From Fidelibacterota bacterium (GTDB taxonomy: Bacteria > Fidelibacterota > Fidelibacteria > Fidelibacterales > Fidelibacteraceae), in the NCBI GenBank assembly GCA_029931905.1, contig JAOZRH010000001.1, forward strand, positions 92,782 through 117,230: a DNA stretch of 24,449 bases, written 5' to 3'. Positions 16,307-22,515 of the stretch are shown piece by piece (position 1 is the first letter of the stretch; each line of letters starts with the position of its first letter). The notes below the pieces were generated by a model. It did not search any database. It was not told the origin of the DNA and saw nothing but the letters and a program-made list of their open reading frames with translations. Position numbers and translations under genes: made by a program.

Positions 16307-16398
16307 TTAATGGTCGAATAGCCAGAGGTAAACCATTAATAAAGACCCGTAAGAGACAAATTAATCGAACAAGAATGTGATTAGTCAGAACCTTACGG
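16307..16398 (+). ncRNA. Two-hairpin structured spacer between tRNA-Glu and tRNA-Thr (unclassified)
   Basis: 8-bp stem TTAATGGT/ACCATTAA (16307-14 / 16332-39) and 7-bp stem CCGTAAG/CTTACGG (16347-53 / 16392-98). No ORF. Confidence 0.3.
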
Positions 16399-16412
16399 TT
16401 AATTATCGAATT

Positions 16413-16486
16413 GCCGAATTAGCTGAGTGGTTCAGCCTTGGATTTGTAACCCAATAACATCAGTTCGATTCTGATATTCGGCTCCA
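16413..16486 (+). tRNA. tRNA-Thr (UGU)
   Basis: Acceptor GCCGAAT/ATTCGGC, D arm GCTG-AGTGGTT-CAGC, anticodon loop TTTGTAA (stem has one A/C mismatch at 31:39), T arm ATCAG-TTCGATT-CTGAT, encoded CCA. Confidence 0.85.
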
Positions 16487-16493
16487 AAAAAAT

Positions 16494-16769
16494 ATGATAC
16501 ATATTTCGACTAATACACTTGGCTATAATCAATCACAATAGATTAAACGTTAGAAGAATGGTGACGAAGATGGTATATGTGGAACAACGCAAACATCTAC
16601 CCACATCAAACGTAATCCATATACAGATGGGGTTCCAATAGAATTACATCATGAAGATGGAGATATTAGGAACAATACATCAGACAATCTTAAGATACTT
16701 TACCCTAATTGTCATTCATTGACACCAACATTTAGAGCATTAAATAAGAAATCTGAAAGGAAACGATAA
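16494..16769 (+). CDS. Small HNH endonuclease with 2 in-frame TAG codons
   Basis: ATG lies 7 nt after tRNA-Thr. TAG at 16539 and 16551. C-terminal ELHHEDGDIRNNTSDNLKILYPNCHS is a classic HNH motif. The TAA stop overlaps the next ATG (TAATG). Confidence 0.65.
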
Positions 16770-17011
16770 TGATTTCACGTATAATGAAATTGCCAAAGCA
16801 CGATAATGTTATTGTTGGTAGGGATCTATCAAATGCATTTGAAGCTGGTGCAGTATATGATGTTAAAAAAATACAAGATCAAATAATTATTACTAAGATT
16901 GGTATGACCCGACTTTCTAAAAGTAGATTTGATGAACCAAATGAAAATAGTGACATTTCATCTATATTATTATCTGGAAAATATTTATTAACTGAAAATG
17001 ACGTACTATAA
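16769..17011 (+). CDS. Hypothetical protein (80 aa)
   Basis: Intact ORF, translationally coupled to the HNH gene. TAA stop. Confidence 0.55.
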   Translation: MISRIMKLPKHDNVIVGRDLSNAFEAGAVYDVKKIQDQIIITKIGMTRLSKSRFDEPNENSDISSILLSGKYLLTENDVL

Positions 17012-17023
17012 AAGGATATTATA

Positions 17024-17368
17024 ATGATACATCACTTTATGACATTCGAAGCAATTGTTCAACATATGAAAGAAAATTTTCAGGTTGTAAATACTTCTAA
17101 TGCAGATGATTCAGTTGATGGATTTGATAGATCATTTAAATGTGAAATCAAAGAGTATGAGATTAAGTTGATATGGGCAAAGAATTATATATCATCAATA
17201 AAACCAGAAAATGAAATTGAAACAACGACAGAACTTTATTTACATGGTGATAAGATTCTTACTTATACAACCGATTCATATACAACCACATTTAATTCTG
17301 ATGATCATAAAATGTATTTAATTTATGAAGCATTAGGAAAACCAAAATTAAAAATAGATTATACTTGA
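17024..17368 (+). CDS. Hypothetical protein (114 aa)
   Basis: AAGGA RBS. The TGA stop is embedded in the following TTGACA -35 box. Confidence 0.55.
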   Translation: MIHHFMTFEAIVQHMKENFQVVNTSNADDSVDGFDRSFKCEIKEYEIKLIWAKNYISSIKPENEIETTTELYLHGDKILTYTTDSYTTTFNSDDHKMYLIYEALGKPKLKIDYT

Positions 17369-17393
17369 CAAATGATCTATAATAGTGTAAGTT
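17365..17393 (+). promoter_or_regulatory. Promoter, TTGACAAA family (TTGACA-17 nt-TAAGTT with TGTG extension)
   Basis: cTTGACAAATGATCTATAATAGTGTAAGTT lies upstream of a structured leader and tRNA-Gln. Confidence 0.6.
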
Positions 17394-17413
17394 AGTATAA
17401 AAATTAAACAGTT

Positions 17414-17543
17414 TTATATATCTCTGCTGATTGATCACCAGATGGGCATTAGATAGCTCGACTTAGCGGTTGATTGATGGTTGTGTGACTTGAACTCATA
17501 TGACTGCTAATGTTTGACCTGAATGACAGGTACGGATATATAA
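17414..17543 (+). ncRNA. Structured ~130-nt leader between promoter and tRNA-Gln (unclassified)
   Basis: 9-bp closing helix TTATATATC/GATATATAA, long-range GCATTAG/CTAATGT pairing, and local hairpin ACCTG-AATGA-CAGGT. GC-enriched. No ORF. Confidence 0.3.
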
Positions 17544-17556
17544 CTTAAATAATTGA

Positions 17557-17633
17557 TGGGGTTTAGTTCAGTTTGGTAGAACAGCAGGTTTTGATCCTGT
17601 ACGTCATCCGTTCAAATCGGATAACCCCTTCCA
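17557..17633 (+). tRNA. tRNA-Gln (UUG)
   Basis: Acceptor TGGGGTT/AACCCCT (1:72 U/U unpaired), D arm GTTC-AGTTTGGTA-GAAC, anticodon stem GCAGG/CCTGT with loop TTTTGAT, T arm ATCCG-TTCAAAT-CGGAT, encoded CCA. Confidence 0.85.
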
Positions 17634-17652
17634 CTAACTTACAGGAGTTGTC

Positions 17653-18084
17653 ATGCCACGTAAATGCAAATGTTCAAGTTGGAAAGAGAATTTTCCTATA
17701 ATCAATGCGCCATTTCAAGAACCACATTCCAATTATGCACCATATGAGGCATTACCATTCAGTCACTGCCCTTGGTGTTCTAAAATGTTATTTGAATATG
17801 AAGAAGCACCAGAGAGACTTAGGGTAGAATCAACAACCATTAATGACATGCATCATATTAGATTATATGAAGATGATAAAGTTATTGATGAAATGGTATG
17901 TGAATTTAAAATTGACATCAATTATTGTCGTATGACTATGTTAAGATGGTATGATAAAATGGGTGGCACTTCAAAAATGGCATCTTCTGCCCGTGATAGA
18001 CTCAAAGGTGGCAAGTATAATTCTACTCCAAGAGGTAGAGTTTGGACACAGACACAATGGGAACGAAGGGGAAAAACAAATTGA
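17653..18084 (+). CDS. Hypothetical Cys-rich protein (143 aa); possibly extended to 18184 by a frame change
   Basis: AGGAG RBS. CKCSSW...HCPWC suggests a zinc-binding N-terminus. TGA stop at 18082. The +1 frame stays open and protein-like up to 18184. Confidence 0.6.
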   Translation: MPRKCKCSSWKENFPIINAPFQEPHSNYAPYEALPFSHCPWCSKMLFEYEEAPERLRVESTTINDMHHIRLYEDDKVIDEMVCEFKIDINYCRMTMLRWYDKMGGTSKMASSARDRLKGGKYNSTPRGRVWTQTQWERRGKTN

Positions 18085-18189
18085 AACACTTGAAAAACTG
18101 TTTAATCATAGGGAACAGGAAGTGATAGATAAAACAAAAGAACGTTCTGATGCACGTAAAAGACTTATAAAATTGAAAAAATGATTTAT

Positions 18190-18279
18190 GGTGGCTGTGG
18201 TGAAATTGGTAGACACGCAGGGTTGTGATCCCTGTGCCTTTAAGTAGGCGTGAGGGTTCAAGTCCCTTCGGTCACCCCA
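18190..18279 (+). tRNA. tRNA-His (GUG) with G-1/C73 but a class II-like long variable arm
   Basis: G(-1) + GTGGCTG...CGGTCAC + C73 + CCA and anticodon loop TTGTGAT, as in E. coli tRNA-His. The D arm GTGAAATTGGTAGACAC is tRNA-Leu-like. The 17-nt variable region has a GCCT/AGGC stem. Total 89 nt. Confidence 0.7.
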
Positions 18280-18295
18280 TATTAAAAGGATATAT

Positions 18296-18544
18296 ATGAA
18301 ATACCCTGTTACTTGTTCAATACTTGGATTTTTTGGCATTGCTGGAATTGTTCTTACTATATATTTTAATGTTACATTCAAACGGATTGACATCCCAAAA
18401 GGTAGCATTGGTATCGTATGGCAAGAAGATAAGCACCTAACAATTGAATCAATTCATAAATCAGGAATTTTATTCATTCAACATAGCTCAACCGTTAATA
18501 TTTATCCAGACTTTGATACTGGTGCAATAAAGGAAACATTATAA
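18296..18544 (+). CDS. Small membrane protein (82 aa)
   Basis: AAAGGA RBS. N-terminal hydrophobic segment VTCSILGFFGIAGIVLTIYF. Confidence 0.55.
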   Translation: MKYPVTCSILGFFGIAGIVLTIYFNVTFKRIDIPKGSIGIVWQEDKHLTIESIHKSGILFIQHSSTVNIYPDFDTGAIKETL

Positions 18545-19111
18545 ATGAAACAACTTATTGGTTTAAATAATTTCGTCAGAAGACAGGTTGAAGGTTCAAG
18601 ATTTTCATACTTTTATGGTTCATGGCAAAGATTACTTAATCTATGCAATGATACAATCAATGAAACCAATACAATTAAAGGACAGGATGGCGTAGTACTT
18701 CTTAAGGTTGATCCAAAAGATTTCTATACTGGTTTGGTCCAAGTATCAGAGTTGGACAATATTGTAGCAAAATTGATCAAGCGTCAAGAAAATGAAGCAC
18801 CTTTTATTAATGTGACGGTTCTTAGTGCACAACAACCTGCTAAATTTGTTGAAATTGTACTGTATTCATATGATAGACTCAGGTTGAACAATGAACAAAG
18901 TACAGAATGTGATTGGGAGATCATTTGTATTAATGCATACCCCACATCAGAAGCATCACCAATGACCCCTTTGACTATGGCAAGAAATTATCTTGATCTT
19001 GAAGGTGGAACAAAGTCAGTTTATACTGCCGAAGAATTTGCCAAATCCATTGTTTATTGGTCAACCCATGCAATGGTAGATCCAGTAGAACCATTTGAAA
19101 AAAAAGTTTAA
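18545..19111 (+). CDS. Hypothetical protein (188 aa)
   Basis: The ATG immediately follows the previous TAA stop (TAAATG, 18542-18547). Intact ORF, TAA stop. No family recognised with confidence. Confidence 0.6.
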   Translation: MKQLIGLNNFVRRQVEGSRFSYFYGSWQRLLNLCNDTINETNTIKGQDGVVLLKVDPKDFYTGLVQVSELDNIVAKLIKRQENEAPFINVTVLSAQQPAKFVEIVLYSYDRLRLNNEQSTECDWEIICINAYPTSEASPMTPLTMARNYLDLEGGTKSVYTAEEFAKSIVYWSTHAMVDPVEPFEKKV

Positions 19112-19114
19112 TGT

Positions 19115-19190
19115 ACCGATATAGCTCAGTTGGTAGAGCACCTGCTTCATACGTAGGTTGTCACCGGTTCAAGTCCAGTTATCTGTACCA
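19115..19190 (+). tRNA. tRNA with CAU anticodon (elongator Met or Ile2/lysidine type)
   Basis: Acceptor ACCGATA/TATCTGT (one C/U mismatch), D arm GCTC-AGTTGGTA-GAGC, anticodon stem CCTGC/GTAGG with loop TTCATAC, T loop TTCAAGT, A73 + CCA. Confidence 0.8.
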
Positions 19191-19353
19191 TGTATTATAA
19201 ATAACAGATATAAAATAATACAATTAATTATATATTAACGCACTTAAACAGAGTTTCTTGTCAGTGATTTGAATATATATAGTTATGGCTCAACAATAAA
19301 TATATTAGAAAGAACAGGTATATTGATTCCGCCCAATATATTAATTTAACATT

Positions 19354-19391
19354 TGTATGGATTTGTACAAAGGCTTGTATGAATCCATACA
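19354..19391 (+). terminator. 10-bp hairpin (TGTATGGATT/AATCCATACA) with T-rich tail
   Basis: Perfect inverted repeat with an 18-nt loop, followed by TAAATTTTATTT. Lies between the last tRNA and the next promoter. Confidence 0.5.
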
Positions 19392-19422
19392 TAAATTTTA
19401 TTTAAAATATACAAATTTTCTC

Positions 19423-19451
19423 TTGACTTAACTGAATTTATGATATATATT
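19423..19451 (+). promoter_or_regulatory. Promoter (TTGACT ... TGATATATAT extended -10) ahead of the RNA-repeat array
   Basis: -35 TTGACT at 19423-28. The TG-n-TATATA / TATATT element lies 15-17 nt downstream. Confidence 0.55.
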
Positions 19452-19506
19452 GTTTTACATTAAATGGAGCAATGATCTTTTAAAACTTATTACCGCAAAT
19501 TTATAC

Positions 19507-19594
19507 AGTGGCTATAAATATTCATACTTCTATTTTATTATATAAAGACGAACCGGACTTGATCCGGCACTTAATTGAATATTTTCTTACCATT
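19507..19594 (+). ncRNA. Structured RNA repeat unit 1 (novel motif)
   Basis: P1 AGTGG/CCATT, core GGCTA-TAAATATTC-ATACTTCTA, P3 CCGGA-CTTGA-TCCGG, P2 partner GAATATTT(T). Confidence 0.6.
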
Positions 19595-19604
19595 ACTTTA
19601 AATC

Positions 19605-19673
19605 GGGGCTATGAGAATACATACTTCTATATAATTAAATTGAAATTAACTAAAATGTATTCTTAATTACCTC
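19605..19673 (+). ncRNA. Structured RNA repeat unit 2
   Basis: P1 GGGG/CCTC, core GGCTA-TGAGAATAC-ATACTTCTA, P3 TAATT-AAATTGA-AATTA, P2 partner GTATTCTTA. Confidence 0.55.
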
Positions 19674-19677
19674 CACA

Positions 19678-19776
19678 TTTTACACTAATAAGTGGCTATA
19701 AAGTAACATACTTCTAATTCTGTCCCTTATGGGACTCAGCATTTGATTGAATTCGGTTATTTTAATTACCACTTAC
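19678..19776 (+). repeat. 99-bp perfect direct repeat, copy A
   Basis: Identical by eye to 19856-19954. Contains RNA unit 3. Confidence 0.85.
19690..19774 (+). ncRNA. Structured RNA repeat unit 3
   Basis: P1 AAGTGG/CCACTT, core GGCTA-TAAAGTAAC-ATACTTCTA, P3 GTCCC-TTAT-GGGAC, P2 partner GTTATTTTA. Confidence 0.6.
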
Positions 19777-19859
19777 AAAAGGCTATAATGGTTCATACTT
19801 CTAAAAACCCAACTCTGCCTTGAAAGCAGACCATATTAACGAATTATTAATTACCTTTT
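19777..19859 (+). ncRNA. Structured RNA repeat unit 4
   Basis: P1 AAAAGG/CCTTTT, core GGCTA-TAATGGTTC-ATACTTCTA, P3 CTGC-CTTGAAA-GCAG, P2 partner GAATTATTA (two G-U pairs). Confidence 0.6.
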
Positions 19860-19954
19860 ACACTAATAAGTGGCTATAAAGTAACATACTTCTAATTCTG
19901 TCCCTTATGGGACTCAGCATTTGATTGAATTCGGTTATTTTAATTACCACTTAC
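19856..19954 (+). repeat. 99-bp perfect direct repeat, copy B
   Basis: Identical by eye to 19678-19776. Contains RNA unit 5. Confidence 0.85.
19868..19952 (+). ncRNA. Structured RNA repeat unit 5 (identical to unit 3)
   Basis: Same sequence as unit 3. Ends 23 nt before the ATG of the 693-aa gene, with the AGGAG RBS in between. Confidence 0.6.
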
Positions 19955-19975
19955 TTTTAACAGGAGAATATCATA

Positions 19976-22057
19976 ATGAAAGACCTCAAATTGAACCTAT
20001 CTGTTATAGGACTCACTAAGCTCAAATCTGTATTCATTGAAACACCCGATAACACCGTAGTTCATAGTAATACACACCTTGTTATTTCCGTAGCTCATGA
20101 ATTTATGAACCTTGGTTATATAATGTCAGGTGAATTATATAACAAACTTTGCACATTGCAAGATAATGAGATTGTTGGTATTGCCAAACGTACTCTTAAA
20201 GGTTTGAGAGTTATGAAAGGTGCCCACGTTGAACATAATCCAATGTATCCCAATTTTCCTCAACAAGTTATTGATATGTCATTGGCAGAATCTTTGATTA
20301 ACCAATTGATCCATTATTGGTCTGCTGGAACATTACTTCCTTCATATGAAAAAGAAAGACGGTCATATGGATTGGAAAAAGGTGTAAAGTATCAGATGAT
20401 TGGAGTTTGTTCACGTGAAGATATTTTTGGTGTATTTACCAGATTATTGAGTTCAAATGATTCCATTAAATCAACTGATAAAGAGATTATAGAGTATTTC
20501 ATTGAGAATTATAACCCTTCTGAATTGCCATATCCAGCATCAATTCCTTATAAAGAGAATGTATGTATTGTTGGTGGTATGTTTATTACTGCTGGTAAAG
20601 ATATTAATGGGTTGGTTAAGAATGCAACCGATGTATTACGTATTGCTACATATTTGAGTGGTGGTGATATTTCTCTTGTAACTAACACCAAATTTAAATC
20701 ATTTCCAAGATCTATTAGACGTGTATTTGCAAATGCACTTGAAAATGTAATTAAAGAAGAAGATATCAAACGACATCAGAATAAGTGGATAAAATTATTC
20801 CATTCACTTCATATTGGTGAATATTCTAAAAAGGTTGCTGATATTGCACGTAAAGCAAGAGAAGGAAAGGCATTATATTCTGTTGCCGGTGATATTGTTG
20901 CTAACCTGAATAAAGGTCAGATCAAAGATGTTGTGAAATTATTACAGCATAGAGCAGGTGACTATGCACGTATGTTAGATGAATTACTTAGAAAGAATCC
21001 TGAGTCATCTGATATGATAGTCCACTATTTCTCCGGTGTTGCAGATAAGGTATCAACCCGTGTATTATTGCAGGTATATTCACATTTTATGAATAGAAAG
21101 TCTTTTATAAAAAGAAAACGTGTAATTTTTCCAAAGGGTAGTGTTCAGTCTGCATTGATCTTACCAGATTATACAACTGAAATCAATGATTATGTGATTG
21201 AAAATATAATCGATGTTGTTGATGAAACGCTTCTTGAAAGATTTGGTAAATTGGAAGATATGAATAAGGTGTTTATTGATGAAAGACTTGTTAATTGCCC
21301 ATTACCTACACAGTTACGTTCTGCATCTGAAAGCGTTAGTACGGTTGCCAGAGGAACACGTATGCCAATTGGAGATGATTCAACCCTTAGATTTTTTGTA
21401 TATTGGAAAGGTGAGGATATTGATTTATCTGCAACCTTACATGATGAAAAATTTGAACAGATTGGTTATTGTTCATATACAATGCAGAAGAATTCTGAAT
21501 ATAAAGCATATCATTCTGGTGATATGACACATGCACCATATGGTGCAACTGAATTCATTGATATTGAAATTGAAGGTGCATTAAAATCCGGTGCAAGATA
21601 TATTATAATGAACCTTTATGTATATGCTGGTCCAAATTTTAATAAACATGAGGTATGCTTTGCTGGTTGGATGACCCGAAGTGAACCAAAATCAAATGAA
21701 ATATTTGAACCTAAGACAGTTGTGAATAAGTTTGATATTGTTTCTGCTTCAAGAAATGCAATTCCGGTTGTATTCGATCTCCAAACCCGTGAAGCAATTT
21801 GGTGTGACCTTACAACTCCCGGCAAACAGCATTGGGGTGGAAATAATGTTGAGAGTAATAAGGCATCAACTGAACAGGTACTTGATGCAATTGTACATGT
21901 TAATAAGTTTAATTTATATGATTTATTCTTACTCCATGCCAATGCCAGAAATGCAGAATTTGTGGATACAAGTGAAGATGCAGATTATGTATTCGGGTTA
22001 TATGACGGAATCAATCCAACTAATATAGATATTATTAATTCCGAGTTCATAGTATAA
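19976..22057 (+). CDS. 693-aa protein with alpha-rich N-terminal region and TerD-like C-terminal beta-sandwich domain
   Basis: AGGAG RBS. The C-terminal FFVYWKGEDIDLSATL...YHSGDMTHAPYGATEFIDIEI...ARYIIMNLYVY...FAGWMTR...AIPVVFDL...AIW follows the TerD pattern (W-G-DLD-S, H-SGD, E-I-I-L, hydrophobic strand, F). No in-frame TAG. Confidence 0.7.
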   Translation: MKDLKLNLSVIGLTKLKSVFIETPDNTVVHSNTHLVISVAHEFMNLGYIMSGELYNKLCTLQDNEIVGIAKRTLKGLRVMKGAHVEHNPMYPNFPQQVIDMSLAESLINQLIHYWSAGTLLPSYEKERRSYGLEKGVKYQMIGVCSREDIFGVFTRLLSSNDSIKSTDKEIIEYFIENYNPSELPYPASIPYKENVCIVGGMFITAGKDINGLVKNATDVLRIATYLSGGDISLVTNTKFKSFPRSIRRVFANALENVIKEEDIKRHQNKWIKLFHSLHIGEYSKKVADIARKAREGKALYSVAGDIVANLNKGQIKDVVKLLQHRAGDYARMLDELLRKNPESSDMIVHYFSGVADKVSTRVLLQVYSHFMNRKSFIKRKRVIFPKGSVQSALILPDYTTEINDYVIENIIDVVDETLLERFGKLEDMNKVFIDERLVNCPLPTQLRSASESVSTVARGTRMPIGDDSTLRFFVYWKGEDIDLSATLHDEKFEQIGYCSYTMQKNSEYKAYHSGDMTHAPYGATEFIDIEIEGALKSGARYIIMNLYVYAGPNFNKHEVCFAGWMTRSEPKSNEIFEPKTVVNKFDIVSASRNAIPVVFDLQTREAIWCDLTTPGKQHWGGNNVESNKASTEQVLDAIVHVNKFNLYDLFLLHANARNAEFVDTSEDADYVFGLYDGINPTNIDIINSEFIV

Positions 22058-22121
22058 TAATTTAATATAGGACATTATCATTATTAATGAATGTGCATGA
22101 TTTAATTGGATAATTTATGAA

Positions 22122-22160
22122 AAGGGTGGACTTTAATTAGTCTGCCTTTTTTATTTTTTT
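22122..22160 (+). terminator. Rho-independent terminator
   Basis: AAGGGTGGAC / GTCTGCCTTT stem (10 bp including G-U pairs) with an 8-nt loop, then a TTTTTTATTTTTTT tail. Confidence 0.65.
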
Positions 22161-22161
22161 A

Positions 22162-22191
22162 TTGACAAAATTTAGTGAATAGGGTTATAAA
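22162..22191 (+). promoter_or_regulatory. Promoter (TTGACAAAA ... TTATAAA)
   Basis: TTGACA at 22162-67. The -10-like TTATAA/TATAAA element lies 17-18 nt downstream. Confidence 0.55.
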
Positions 22192-22210
22192 ATCAATACA
22201 AAAATACAAT

Positions 22211-22507
22211 ATGAGAAATCATAAAGCACACCACCTATCATATTTAACATTTAAAGGGCAAATTCCTTCCGATATGGTTGTTTGCCACGAATGTGATGTG
22301 AGACATTGCGTTAATCCAGAATATCTATTTTTGGGTACACAACAAGAGAATATGAAGGATGTGATTGAGAAAGGTCGAGTAGCAACCGGTAATTGGTTTG
22401 ATAAGAGTAATCCTTCTAAAAGTAAACCCATAATTGTACATGGTAAAATATTTGACTCCGGGAAAGTAGTAAGTGATGTATTAGATATAAATTATATATT
22501 TGTTTAA
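22211..22507 (+). CDS. HNH homing endonuclease (HNH_3-like)
   Basis: KAHHLSYLTFKGQIPSDMVVCHECDVRHCVNPEYLFLGTQQENMKDVIEKGR matches the H-R...G.IP....V.H.CDN..CVNP.HL.LGT...N..D pattern. I prefer the ATG at 22211 over the GTG at 22175, because the GTG lies inside the promoter. Confidence 0.8.
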   Translation: MRNHKAHHLSYLTFKGQIPSDMVVCHECDVRHCVNPEYLFLGTQQENMKDVIEKGRVATGNWFDKSNPSKSKPIIVHGKIFDSGKVVSDVLDINYIFV

Positions 22508-22515
22508 TATTTTAC

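Noticed and set aside
17951-18184. 77-aa ORF as an independent overlapping gene.
   Set aside because: Its first 44 codons lie inside the 17653 gene in another frame, with no RBS. Only the part after 18084 looks like real coding sequence, so I treat it as a possible frameshift extension instead.
18106-18408. Minus-strand 100-aa ORF.
   Set aside because: It overlaps tRNA-His and the start of a + strand membrane-protein gene. It has no RBS and runs against the uniform + strand organisation.
19524-19900. The conserved UUCUA in each unit as an anticodon loop (CUA) of unconventional suppressor tRNAs.
   Set aside because: The segment is not closed by a 5-bp stem. No D or T arm or acceptor/CCA end can be drawn. 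Unit architecture is nested helices, not a cloverleaf.
19507-19952. GGCTATAA(T) cores as five tandem sigma70 promoters with TTACC as the -35 box.
   Set aside because: The distance between TTACC and TATAA varies from ~12 to ~25 nt. The TTACC block belongs to the 3' end of the preceding unit and pairs with that unit's own 5' end.
19480-19960. The repeat array as a CRISPR array or solitary CRISPR-repeat mimics.
   Set aside because: The conserved blocks are short and split (GGCTA, ATACTTCTA, ATTACC). The sequences between them co-vary to maintain pairing instead of being unrelated spacers. Unit length is variable, and no cas gene is present.
22175-22210. GTG start for the HNH gene as given by the ORF track.
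   Set aside because: The GTG lies between the -35 and -10 boxes of the predicted promoter. The ATG at 22211 begins at the conserved HNH_3 core.
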